Positions 1 to 12,462 of a DNA stretch of 64,000 bases are shown here, piece by piece. Origin of the DNA: Eledone cirrhosa (taxonomy: Eukaryota). Every line of letters starts with the position of its first letter. Position 1 is the stretch's first letter. Under the pieces are notes generated by a model. That model saw only the letters and a list, made by a program, of their open reading frames with translations. It searched no databases and was not told the origin of the DNA. A program made the translations under genes and the position numbers. The DNA lies in NCBI GenBank assembly GCA_964016885.1, contig OZ024743.1, forward strand, positions 338,768,001-338,832,000, read 5' to 3'.

Positions 1-31
1 ATGAACATGTGTATTTATGTGTAGGTATGTG

Positions 32-90
<59 letters not shown>

Positions 91-939
91 GTGTGTGTGT
101 GTTTGTGTGTGTGTATACACAATTATATGTATGTGTATTTGGACGCATACGTTCGTATGTGCGTGGGTATATGTGTATATTTTTGCGTAAGTACCAGTAA
201 TGCACTGGGTAATTGCTGGCCTTGTGCCTAAAGTAGAAACAATTATTACTTGATTTTAATAACCTCTGTTATTTTCATTCAACAAATTTATTTACATTAT
301 TCTTAAACTCCGGAGCTGAGAATCATTCGGTTATTCTAAATAGAATATCTAAACTATAATAAAGTAAGGAGTGCGGGACTGCATCCAGAATAACATTTTT
401 TATCCCGTTTGTAAAATAAGTTGGATTACTTTGAATAAATAAAGAATGAATATTACATAATTTATGTACTAAATTTCGTAACTAAATTTCGTATTTATAA
501 ATAATTTAAAATTGATTTCTTTTCAAAGTTATAAATTTTTAGACTTCCGGTATATCTTCTTTTTTTAGTCAGGCCAGCACGCGCGCGGCGTTACGTGGGG
601 TGATGGCGAGGCTGGGGTGCTGGAACAACCAAGTGCCCTCACGAGCACCACCAGTTACCTCTGTTTGGCGAGCCGCCAGTGAAGATAAGAACCTCGCTGT
701 CATTAGCCCGACTCCCCCAAACGTCTCGAACACCACAAAATTGAGGGGATGTTTGCCCGGACCAAAGCTCTTGAGTGGTAATAGGACAGTGTGTGTATGT
801 GCACGCGCGAGTTTGTTGGTGTTCTTAAATTAGAGACGTGTGTGTGTCACTGTTTTTAAGTTAGAGACATATATGTGTGTATCCCTTTTCTTTCTTTTAC
901 ACACACATACATTCACACAAACACATTGTGTGATGGACG

Positions 940-1592
940 GGTGGACAGAAATTCCTCAAATTTATATACATGTGAATGGAGTTCTACTGAAGCAGTTAGA
1001 GAAGTTCAAGTTTCTTGGAGCCGTGTTCATGAGTGATGGAATGCAGGAGGCTGAATTAAGTGCAAGAATTGCAAAAGCTGATGCAGTAATGCGCCAGCCT
1101 CAGCATTCAGCAATCAGAAGAAGGGGGTAGGTGTATAAGCCAAACTCGCTGTCTTCCTGGTATTCCTGCCAACTCTTACTGAGGATCATGAATCTTGAGT
1201 AATGACCAAAAGAATACAATTGCAAATAAAAGCGGCAGAAATGGGATCCTCCGAAGGGTCTTTGGAGTAACATTACTCGATAAAGTGCATAGCTCAGAGA
1301 CCAGAGAGTCACTCCTGGTAGAGCCGCTACTTCTCCGAATTGAGAGATCACAACTCCGATATTATGAGTATGTGGTTATAATGTCTCAGTAAAGAATCGC
1401 TGGACACATTTTACAGGCAAAACCAACCGTCAAGATAGTTGGATAACATCCATGAACTTGGCTGGTCACACTTTGGGATCCAGCTACATCACTTAGAGAT
1501 GTTTGCTTCTGACAGACTCGTTGGAAGGAGTGTTTGAGAAGGACTCTGTCCCAACGACCCTCTCTGAAATAAGTGGGCTAGAAGAAGAAGAT
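940..1592 (+). mobile_element. Degenerate RTE (Rex3/Expander-like) LINE 3' fragment
   Basis: QLEKFKFLG...ELSARIAKA and EPLLLRIERSQLRYY remnants; GAAGAAGAAG tail; related copy at ~37760-38120. Confidence 0.75.
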
Positions 1593-2001
1593 ATTGTCAA
1601 TTTACTTTTCAATTTACACATATATATATATGCGTATATAATACAAATATGCACACTACATACGCTAGCCGAAAACCGGCCGAAGGGCAGTTTTTCTGCT
1701 AGTTAGTCTAATGACTCCATTCATACCATAAACGTGGTTTTTTTTTTTTTTTGTCTTTGCGTGAAATTGTTCTCATCGCCCCACATAACACCGAAATTAT
1801 CTTCGCTTTTTTCCGTTCATTGCCAGGGAACGTCTTCTCGAACCAAAGTATCGTCTTCCTAATTTCCTTCGCAGAAGTAAATATTTTGAAAAACGTATTT
1901 TTTCGAAATATTTACTTCTGCGTCCACAGATTAGAGTTTAAACAAAGAATCGCTGCTTTCACCCTTAACGGATCTTCTGAAACTAAAAAGATCATATATA
2001 T

Positions 2002-2172
2002 ATAGGAAAATGTATGACCCCGACGACAGAGCTCAAGCCGTTTTGACGGCTATTTCTGACTTGAGCTCTGTCGTCGGGGTCATATATTTTCCTATTACCC
2101 ACTCTACTACCCTAAGTATTGAGTACTCTGGTACGTTATGGTCCATCTGGTTTCTTACCACAACTCCTTCGT
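2002..2172. repeat. Fold-back hairpin element; second copy 48941-49130
   Basis: ATAGGAAAA.GTATGACCCCGACGACAGAGCTCAAG...CTTGAGCTCTGTCGTCGGGGTCAT..TTTTCCTAT inverted repeat plus a shared tail, flanked by (TA)n. Confidence 0.8.
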
Positions 2173-2193
2173 TTATATATATATATATATATA

Positions 2194-3192
2194 TCGGCGC
2201 TCGAGTTTATATAATTATTACATAATTATTGGAAAACTCAAAACACGGACGAAACCATGGTAGAGGTATTTAAATGTATTCTATTTTCTCCTAGTTTATT
2301 TTAAACCTAATTCTGCTTAGTTGACTGTATCTAGGCGATTACGCTGTCGAAATATTCGATAAATATTCTGCTACGGCCGACGCGAAGTGCTAGTTTTGGT
2401 GTTTTGTCGGAGATTCCTTCATAGAAGCCTCATTCGTATAGCCAGGTCTATTCGATTTTTTATATAGTTAATTATGCTAATTGGGAGAGGAAATAGTTTA
2501 TATTTTATCTTGTGAGTCTATAGACATGTTTTATGATATATAGCTCTGATTGTTTAATTTATTAATTTTTCATTGAGCCACAAAGTGACCGGTTGCAAAA
2601 CACGTATATGTATGTGTATGTATATATATATGTAAACTTTTATATGTAATAATCTCCCATTAGGTTGAGATAAAAATTTGGCTGTATTGTGCTGTGCTTT
2701 CTAGCAAAAATGCCACCAGTCGTAAGCAACTACCACACCCCTTCCAATTTGACCGCGACTACGTCACGATTTTTAGCCATTTTAAAATGAATTCTTGGCG
2801 CGATCGTTTTGGAAAATTTAATGTCTAGATATGAGCGAGCTTCCTGAAGAATCCGGCGCTCGAGTTTATATAATTATTACATAATTATTGGAAAACTCAA
2901 AACACGGACGAAACCATGGTAGAGGTATTTAAATGTATTCTATTTTCTCCTAGTTTATTTTAAACCTAATTCTGCTTAGTTGACTGTATCTAGGCGATTA
3001 CGCTGTCGAAATATTCGATAAATATTCTGCTACGGCCGACGCGAAGCGCTAGTTTTGGTTATTTGTCGGAGATTCCTTCATAGAAGCCTCATTCGTATAG
3101 CCAGGTCTATTCGATTTTTTATATAGTTAATTATGCTAATTGGGAGAGGAAATAGTTTATATTTTATCTTGTGATTCTATAGACATGTTTTA

Positions 3193-3200
<8 letters not shown>
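2194..3200. repeat. ~347-bp direct repeat (2194-2541 and ~2854-3200)
   Basis: Near-identical copies starting CGGCGCTCGAGTTTATATAATT, ~660 bp apart. Confidence 0.9.
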
Positions 3201-3226
<26 letters not shown>

Positions 3227-3364
3227 TTGGGGGGGGGGTCATATTTGTGTAATAATATTGCCAGAATTAATAACAGAACACACTCACTGTTTGGTTGGTT
3301 TTCGCTTCTGTGTCTTTTATATCTTTTATATATCCCAAATATAACAACATATATATATATATAC

Positions 3365-3433
<69 letters not shown>

Positions 3434-3439
3434 TTATCG

Positions 3440-4877
3440 ATTGGTTTAAAGAAATTAAATATAATTATAATAATAAGTTTATTCAGTTGGATATTGCTAA
3501 CTATTACTCATCTATCACTCCTAATCTATTGAATAAAGCACTAACTTACGCATTTAAGCATACAGACCTAACTAGCAATGAAATGCACATTATATTATCG
3601 GCACGGAAAACATTAATAGAATTTAATAACCAACTCTGGACTAGGGCAGATAGAAATAATAATTTTGATATAACCATGGGATCATCCGATTCCGCTCAGG
3701 TAACGGATCTTGTGGGCCTCTTTATAATTAATTCTCTACATAGATAACCGGAGGTTTATATCGTGACGACATGCTTTTACTTATAGAAAATAATAACTGT
3801 GAACTAAATAGAAAAAGAAAACAAATTATACAATTTTTTAATTACCTTAATCTAAAAGTAGAAATAGAGAATAACCATAAAATAGTTAACTTTCTAGATG
3901 TAACACTAAATCTTAACACATGTCTTCATTATCCATTTCACAAACTTTTAACTCTAATCACCCCCAGATCCGTTAAAAATACTATAGTGAACTCTGTACA
4001 GGAACGAATTTCGAGAATTTCAGCTAATAAGAATATATTTGATGAAAAAGCACATTATTACAACGAAGCGTTAGATAGAGCTGGGTATAGAAATAAAATT
4101 AAATACATCGATAATAATAAAAATGCAACAACTAACCATAATCGTAACAATTTTAACTATGGTAACAATTTTAACAACTATAATAGAAAACTTTATATTA
4201 ATTCCAAAAGCGGAAAAAGAAATAGATCTAGGAACATATTATGGTTCGCTCCTCCTTTCTCATTAAATATTAAAACCCCTATTGCTAAACTATTTTTTAA
4301 AGCTCTTGACAAATGCTTCCCTAGAACACATAGATATTACTCAATTTTTAATAGACATACTATAAAATTAACTTATTCTTCCACCAAAAATTTAGCGCAA
4401 AATATTAATAGAATTAATAATAGAAATTTAAAACCTAACCAAAATACCACTAATAACCCAAGCAATATCCAATTTGATAAATGTAACTGTAGAAATGAAT
4501 CTAACTGTCCGCTAAATAACAATTGCTTAGCTAAAAATATAGTATATAATTGTAATGTAAAAACTAATTTAAATTCATTTAATTATGTGGGATCCACTTC
4601 CACAGAGTTTAAATCCCGCTTCAATAACCATAAAAATTATTTTACAGATCCAAACAAAAAATCTTCAACTTCTCTATCTAGCCTATTATGGGACCTCAAA
4701 CTAAAGAACGTTGAGTATTGGTTGATTTGGAATATTATTTCAAAAGCTACTCATTTTAACTCCTCTTCAGAAAATTGTGATCTTTGTATAGAGGAAATAT
4801 TCTCTATATTAAAGACCAAAAATTCCCTGAACTTAAGGAATTATTTATTCAGTTGCTGTAGACATAGATTAAACTGA
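3440..4877 (+). mobile_element. Penelope-like element, 5'-truncated and frameshifted RT + GIY-YIG endonuclease
   Basis: MGSSDSAQVTDLVGL, GLYRDDML (frameshifted), VNFLDVTL, CNCR..CPL..C, IVY...YVGST...FKSRFNNH, CDLCIEE, CRHR. Confidence 0.9.
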
Positions 4878-6384
4878 ACGTTTAAATATAAATATAAATT
4901 TAAAATGTAAAATTATATAATTAATTAATTAATTTTATTGATATATTGAACCTGTCGATAAATCATTAGATTCCTTCTTCCTTTTTTGAATAATTATACA
5001 CTCAAGTAAAAATAACTTTTCTTCCTAAATATAAATAAATATAATTAAACTATTCTCGAGAAATATACTGAGAGCTCTTGAAGGGAGAAAATATTTCTTA
5101 TATTTTTTTATTTTTTATTATTTGATAGCTTCTCCTATTTTCGAAAGTTTATCCTTTCAAAGTTTCTGTTTATTTTTCTTATGGATATAAAATTAAGTTA
5201 AATATACGTAGAAAATTTTCTATACTAAATATATTAAACATACTATTATTTTGAAATTATAACTTGAAATATTCTATAATATTTTAAAGTTATATTGATT
5301 TTAAAGTTATATTGCTTATAACTATATTTCCATATCGTAATATAGTTCTTTTGTATTTTATGTACTCAATTATACTATGTACTGTATTTATCTGTACTTC
5401 TCTCTATATGTGTGTACATATGTATATGTGTGTATTGACATGCATGTACATATGTTTTATGCGTGTATGTCTATCTGTATGTTTATATATACGTGATGCG
5501 TATCTACCTATTTGTGAGGGTACATATGTGTATGTATATGTGGGAATTGTGTATGTACATGTGCATGTTTATCCATACAATTCGATCGCACTTATGTATA
5601 GTGATTATCCCAAGATTCGTGACAAGAAGACAGATAATAACTGCCATAAATACATAACAGGTAATCTTATAAAACTTATATAAATTTTGTTTAATAACAT
5701 AAAGTGTGTATAACATAAAATTTCCTTTAATATCTTAACAATTTAACATTTTATAAGATTCTTATATCTTAAATTAAATTAAAGAATCCTTTATATTTTG
5801 TATGTATATGTTATATACGTAGTTAGATATGTATATGTATTTTTATAAGTGTGTATATATATTTATATGTACGTATTTTTTGCGTGTGTATACGTGTTAT
5901 GTAATATATAGTTCTTTAATAATATATGGATTTCTTAATATATAGATCCCAATTTTTAATATATTGATCTCAATATTTAACTGATTAACTAAACATCTTA
6001 TCATATTTAAACAATGGTTAAATTTCTCATATTATATATGTATATTCCATTCATGATTATTAACATTTCTAATTTTTATTTATTCATTTCATCTCAATTG
6101 TTAAGTTAACTCAACAAGATATGACTTAGAGTTTTTCGTTCTCTCTCATTGTTTCCGTCTCCTCTTTCTCTCCATATTTCTCTCTCTGTTTATTCTGCTC
6201 TCTCTCTCTCTTTCCTTCTCTATCTTTCTATTTCTCCGTAACCCAACGGCTTATTTTAAAAATATCCAATACTAATAATTAACGCTATAACTCCACTATC
6301 CGGGAGCTTCCAACAGTAATGGTTGCATTCTTTAAGAGTATGTCAATATTTATTTATAAAACTGATCTATATTATATATAAATA

Positions 6385-6498
6385 TATAATGAAATTATTG
6401 TGTACAGTGCTCAGGTGCACTACAACTCATCAAAGGTACATGTATAGTACATGGAATAATGTACAAATGTCAGGAAAATGAACAGTGTATGAGTCATG

Positions 6499-6500
<2 letters not shown>
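6385..6500 (-). mobile_element. CR1-type LINE 3' end fragment
   Basis: Diverged homologue of 12463-12575. Confidence 0.7.
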
Positions 6501-6554
<54 letters not shown>

Positions 6555-6795
6555 TTTTCTTTATTAACCACAAGGGTTTACATAAAGTAGACATTAAGGA
6601 CAGTACAGGACAATACAGGACGGTACAAATGGGCATTTCTGCGTGTAAAAAACAGAGGTTGAAATAAAATAACAAAGAAAAATTCCCCAATAGGGGGGAG
6701 ACTTCCGAGGGACATTTGTGGAGAAAGCCCATTAAAAGACCACAGTGGCCCTGACCACCAGGGCAAGTGCCCTCTCCCAGTTTTCCACCTTTAAT

Positions 6796-9700
6796 TTACA
6801 GACACATACTCAGAGAAGGCCCATTCATTCGGGCCATACTTGCTTCTCTCACCCATCTTTCAACAAAATGCTGGGAAGAGAACACTTCCCTCTCTACCCT
6901 GATTTTCCTTTTCAAATGAAATTTGAAAAAGTTAATCAGGGCATCACCGAAGAGGTAAGTGCTCGTCTTTAGCCCTTTCAAACGTGTCCACCATACTATC
7001 TCTTTCGCCATGGCCACCAGACAGATAAAAACTGCCTGCCCTTCCCGGCTAAAGGAAGGGGGCGGGGCAATCCTCACGATGGACTCAGCTGATAGCTGGA
7101 TCCGTCCTACACGTGACAGCAGGTGTTCGACATAAACCCACAAGTCAGCAATGCTCGGACACTGGACGAGTGCGTGCAGGACGGTTTCGTCGCCCTGCGC
7201 GCATCTCGGACATGCCCGGCTGACGGCACCTCCATGCCTGTAGAGTTTATCCCGAACTGGCAAAGCTCCTCGGTAGCACTGCCAGGCCAGGGATTTCTGG
7301 AAGTTGTCCATAGGCCCTGGCCCGAAAGTCCTTCCGAAGAGATTGGCTAGTTGATTTTCGTCGACGCCTAGAGTTTCTCCAAGTACGTCGTCGCTCTTCC
7401 CCTCCACTAATCCCCTATAGAACGCCAAGGTGGAGTTTCCACCGATCACATTGCCCGATTGGTCGAGGGCTGTGAGCGCCTGAAGACATTCCAGTCTCCA
7501 AGCGCTCCCTCTCGGTCTTCGCTTGACCCAGGACTGCAGCTCCGTCAAGGAGACGAGCTGGGGAAAAACGGGTCTAGCAAACGGCGACCACACCTGATCA
7601 CCGTCGAGGAAGAGGTGGAGATGTCGTAGCCTGAGCGCGTGTCTGCGCATCATCAGCCACGGCATGCCCAGCCCTCCACGTAGCGGGTGTTGACAGCAGA
7701 TGGACCGCCTGACCATCGGAGCACGTCCCTTCCACAAGAAGCGAAAGAGCAAACGCTCCAGCGCAGTCAGGCGGGGCTTAGGACAAGGTACGACGGTCAG
7801 GCGGTAGTAGATGAGGGATGCGATGTACGCATTCGCCACCTCCGCTCGACCTTTCAGGGATAGCTTCCTCTCGGCCCATTTCTGGGTGAGAGAAGCCACC
7901 CTGCTCGTCACCTCGTCCCAGTTTTTGTCCGTCTGGAGGTCTGGACCGAACCAGACCCCTAGCAATTTAACCGGTCCGTCCGTCCAGCGCCCGACGACGC
8001 TGTTGGACGGCATGGACCTGCCTCTCCAGGTGCCGAGCTGCAGGCCCACTGACTTTTCCTGGTTGATCATTGCTCCTGTCACCGCTTCGTATTCTCTTAG
8101 TGTAGTGCCGATCGCCTCGATGTGTTTGGCGTTCGACACCACTACGGTGACATCGTCGGCATATGCTGACACGGATCTTCCGCATCCTAGTTCGCGCGGG
8201 ACCCCCCTCAACGTCTCCAGTTTGTGCAGTAATGGCTCGAGAGTCAATACGTACAATAGGGACGAGAGGGGACATCCTTGGCGGACCGAGCGCATGATGT
8301 TGAACGGTTCCGAAAGGTGACCGTTCACTCTCACTACAGAGCAGATGTCGCTGTGCATGGCAGCGATCCTACCTCTGAAGACGGGCCCAAAGCCAGCCGC
8401 CCTCAGGACTGCCGCTAGGTAACGATGGTCGACCCTATCGAAGGCTTTCGACTGATCTAAATTGATCAAAGACCCACCCGTGCCAGGTTCCCTAGCTACC
8501 CTCTCTACGATGTATCGCATGAGGTGGATGTTGTCGTGGATGGATCTGTCGGGAATGGCGCATGTCTGTGCCTCTCCCACCAGACCACCAACGACAAGCG
8601 CCAACCTCTTTGCTAGCACCTTGGCCAAAATCTAGAACTCTGTGTTTAGCAGAGTTATGGGCCTAAAATTATCTATGTTATCCCCCTTGTTTGGATCCTT
8701 TCTCAGCAGCGCCACCGCTCCTCGGCTCACAGAGCTGGGAATTCTCCCGTTCTGTTGCCAGTTGCAGTAGACGTCCGCCAAGAGGCCTCCGAACATGTTT
8801 GGCATTTGTACGTAAAGTTCATAGGGCAGACCATCCAAACCAGGCGATTTACCCCTTGTGCAACTAGTCATTGCATCCCGTACTTCAGCGGTTGTTATCG
8901 GCTTTTCGCAACACTCCGCCTCAGTGGCCGAAAGCCGCGGCAGTCCGTCGAGGTAGACACTAAAGTCCATCCCTCGATCCGGCCCGCCACTGCCCCCGAA
9001 CAGTTGAGCGAAGTGTCGCTGAAAAGCTTCACACATTTGCCCGGGATCGAGTAGCATGCGCCCGTCGTGGTCCACCAAAGACCGGATCGTGGCTTTGTTG
9101 CCACGACGCGCCTCCGCCACTCGGGCCCATTGAACGGCTTTCATCCCCTCGTGTCTGAGAGCACGCACCCTAGCTCTGACAACGCAGCCTTCGTGCTTTG
9201 CATTGAAGAATTGGTCAAGGGCCAATTTCGCCGCAAGTACGTCGGTCGCGATGCCTTTGCTAAGCGCCTCATCTAATTTTCTAACTAATTCTCCCTCTGC
9301 TCTATTTTTCTCTATTGCTAAAGTCTTACTAAACCTAATGGACTCTATTCTAATTGCTCTTTTCAGAGCAAACCACCACTTGTTGTTGACGATGGCCCCC
9401 GTCAACGCCCGCTTAACTAGTTCGCTAATCCGGTCTCTGTAGGCCTTGCGCGCTGGTAAGGACGCGTTTAGCTTCCAGTAGCCGGGTCCTCGTCTATGAA
9501 GCCTAAGTCAAGCACACAGATCACGAATTTGTGGTCCGTGTAGCTGACTATCTTGAATTGTGGACAGCCTATGCTAGACCTATCTATTTCCCTACAAAAT
9601 ACTCTATCTAGATATGATCTGGATGACCCTATGCGATTTGTCCAAGTCCACATTGGTACATTCGGGAAATCCATTCGGTACCTGTCAGACAGTTCAAAAC

Positions 9701-10211
9701 GTCTGAGCAGGTTGGTGAGACTCTTGCACCCTCCTTCCCTATCCACTAATCCCACACAATCCCAGCGTGCATCTAAGATCCCGTTCCAGTCGCCCACTAA
9801 CACTAAAGAGCGGGACGTTCCAAGAAAGGTCTCCAGACGCCGGAAGAAATCAGGCCGCCCTGCTCCTGTCGGGGCATAGACGGCCACTAACCTGAAAGCT
9901 TGCCCGTCTCCGCTGGTCACGTCCAGCACCACCAACTTACCTTCTGGGTCCAGGAAGATGGCCCGTATGGCAAGATCCAAACCTCTCCGAAAAAGCACAG
10001 CAACTCCTCCCCCCGATCCCGGACGGCTGGGAGATGCGTACACATCGTAGCCGCCGAAGATCGGTGCGAAAGCCTGTGCTTCGGAGATTCTGGTCTCGCT
10101 GATGGCCATTACATCTATGTTTAGTGACCTGAGGTCGTTGAGCAGGTGGCCCTGCTTCCATGACGACCCCAAGCCACGCGCATTTATGCTGCCTATTCTG
10201 AGTGAGGTCAT
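6796..10211 (-). pseudogene. Tx1 ORF2: APE endonuclease, reverse transcriptase, C-terminal zinc finger; 2 frameshifts
   Basis: SINARGL, ISETR, VYAP, GDWN, YLDR, TDH; KSPGLDG, FRPITLLN, LDQSKAFDRV, RQGCPLS, AYADD; CPRC..DETVLHALVQC. Confidence 0.93.
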
Positions 10212-10245
10212 GTTGAAAAGGAGTGGAAAAGATGGGAAAGACCAC

Positions 10246-12151
10246 TTACCTTACTTCTCGTAGGGGAAGGACGGTTTTTCCATCCTTTTCACTGCTTGTG
10301 GCCTCCTCAGGAAGGATGTCCTTATAAATCCTCCTGGAGAGTGCTTGTCGGAAGTCTCCGATGTCTTTGGGGAATTTTTGTTTTAGTGTCATGTACGTTT
10401 TCTGTGTGATGCGAGTGATTTGTATGTGTGGAGGTGGTGTGAATTTTGGGGTTGTTGTGTAGTCTTTTTCTGTGATGCTGGTGTTGTGTTGGATGTAGTG
10501 TAATAATTGCTTGTTGTTCAAATTTAATGCTGTGTAGTGTGTATCGTTTTGGTTGTTTTGTTTTGTTTGCGTTTGTTGTGGGTTTGTTTCTGTTTCGCAT
10601 TTTGGTGACTTTTGTGGTGTAGGTGATGGTGGTGTTGGGGTTAATGATGGTGATGGTGTTGGTGTTTGGGTTGATGGGGTTGGTGATGCTGGTGTGGATG
10701 GTGCATATCTGTCCTAACTTTTTTGTTTCTTAATTTATTTGTTTCCCCCTGTATTTTGTTTTTGGAGGGGGAAGGAAGAGAATTTTTTCTTTTTTTGGTT
10801 TCTTTTTTTTTTCCGGATATCGTTTCCCACTCCTCGTCGTCACAATCTGTCTCCAGTTGTGATAGGCCGGGGAGTGGAAAATCCTCCACAGCCGTTAGTT
10901 TTGGTTGTGGCGTGGTGGATGGTGTAGGCGCTGGTGCTAGTTCTGAAGCGTTGGGTGGTGGTGGTGTTGGTTTTGCTGGTGGTGGTAGTGGTGTTGGTTT
11001 TGCTACTGTTGCTGGGGTTGTTGCTGTTATAGTTGCTTCTGTTGTTGCTGCTACAGTTGTTGCTGCCATCTCTGCTACTGGTGGTGTTGATGGTTGTGTC
11101 ACTGGGGTGGGTAGGAGAGGTAGCCTCAACCTTTTAGCCTGAGGGCAGAAAGCCCTTAGGTGGGTTCCTTCACCACAAACGACACACCTAGGTCTTCTGC
11201 CCTCGACAATTACCGTGAGGTGGCTGCCGTCAGTGAGGTCTATTACCTCTGGGATCTCCTCAATGCTTTTTTGGTCCGCTTGGATCAGGAGCTCCATCCC
11301 AGATCCGGACCAGTTCTCCTGCTTTTCTTTTGCTATTGCTATTATTTTCGTGTTGGCTTCGATGCCGGCGAGGACAGCCGCTATTAGCCAGGGAATTTCG
11401 ATGGCCGGTGGAACGTGGGTCACCCTGATCTTTACGAGTCTCTGGCCACAATAGCTTGGGACGAGTGTGAAGTCGTCACTTCTTAATGGGACCATGGAGT
11501 GTTCTCTAGCCTCCTCTGGTGTTTCAAAGAACACGTCCACGGTTCCATACTTTTGCCCACGTCTGATGTGGGTTTTTCTTGCCCACACATGTCCCAAAGC
11601 TTTTTGGATTTGGGACTCGGATGCCCGTTCCACTCGGCGCGATTTTGCATTTATTGTTCTATACGACACGGTGCATAGGCGCCGATGCTCCATTTTATTA
11701 GGTGGGGGGTGAGGCTGACCCTGTACCCATCTTTCTTTACCATTTGTTTGGCATTTTCTAAATCCTCCTGAGTTACCGTAAATGCTTCGAACTGTTTTGC
11801 TACTATGGCGAAACTGAGGGGGAGGTTTATAATGTCATTGTTGTTGTTGTTGCTATCGTTAATATTAATTTTAGTTTCAGTTGTGGTGGTGGTGACGTCA
11901 GTCGTCTTTGGTGGGGAAGAGTCCATTTTGCTTGATTTCATTTCGACATCACGAGTTAATTTATTTTTTTCTTCTTTTGTTTCTGTTGTCGCGGTGGTGG
12001 TGGTGGTGGTGGTGCTGGTTGTCGCGGTGGTGGTGGAGGCTTTAACACCTGCAGTCATTGGTAATGGCGGGAAATGAATGTCTGCCTGAGACAAATTTAA
12101 AATATTGCTAGTGCTTATATTTTTTTTTTGTGTTGGCACACGTAGTAACAT
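10246..12151 (-). pseudogene. Tx1 ORF1 (gag-like, CX2CX4HX4C), broken across several frames
   Basis: CVVCGEGTHLRAFC knuckle followed by a P/T-rich low-complexity region. Confidence 0.8.
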
Positions 12152-12462
12152 TTACAATGGTGGTGTCGGTGTGAGGTGTTAATTTGTGAGGAAGGCTTTC
12201 AGCTGCTTCGTGCAGAGGTGAATTAGCCATTTTTTTTCAAAGAAATTTTTTGATAATAATAAAAGTTTAAATTTTGGGCACAAGGCCCCAATCTTTTTGG
12301 GTGTCCTTTTCGGAAAATAATGTATGTGCGCTTATAAACAGTTAACAATAAAATTTTCCATAAATGACAATTTTTAACAAACGGAAATAACAAACCTTTG
12401 CGGAGCTCACAATGATACAATTTACTACGTAGGTCGCCAATAATAATAATAATAATAATAAT

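Larger units (their letters stand above)
6554..12439 (-). mobile_element. Near full-length Tx1/L1-clade non-LTR retrotransposon (frameshifted)
   Basis: ORF1 with CCHC knuckle, ORF2 APE+RT+zf-RVT, AATAAA then (ATT)n tail on the minus strand. Confidence 0.92.

Noticed and set aside
9-231. CVCV/YIYI/THTH ORFs here and throughout (e.g. 14336-15207, 34189-34961, 38635-39602)
   Set aside because: Translations of micro- and minisatellites
4875-4910. TGA after CRHRLN followed by 10 open codons as possible selenocysteine (some PLEs encode Sec)
   Set aside because: Not at an evident conserved Cys position, no SECIS recognised, element already decayed
5061-5107. Hammerhead relic after the first PLE (aaatata-CTGAGAG...AAAA-tatttc-ttatattt)
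   Set aside because: Position and stem I fit, but both core strands are mutated; too degenerate to call
7811-8320. Antisense ORFs over LINE ORFs (also 56678-57682, 61576-63566)
   Set aside because: Shadow frames of RT coding sequence
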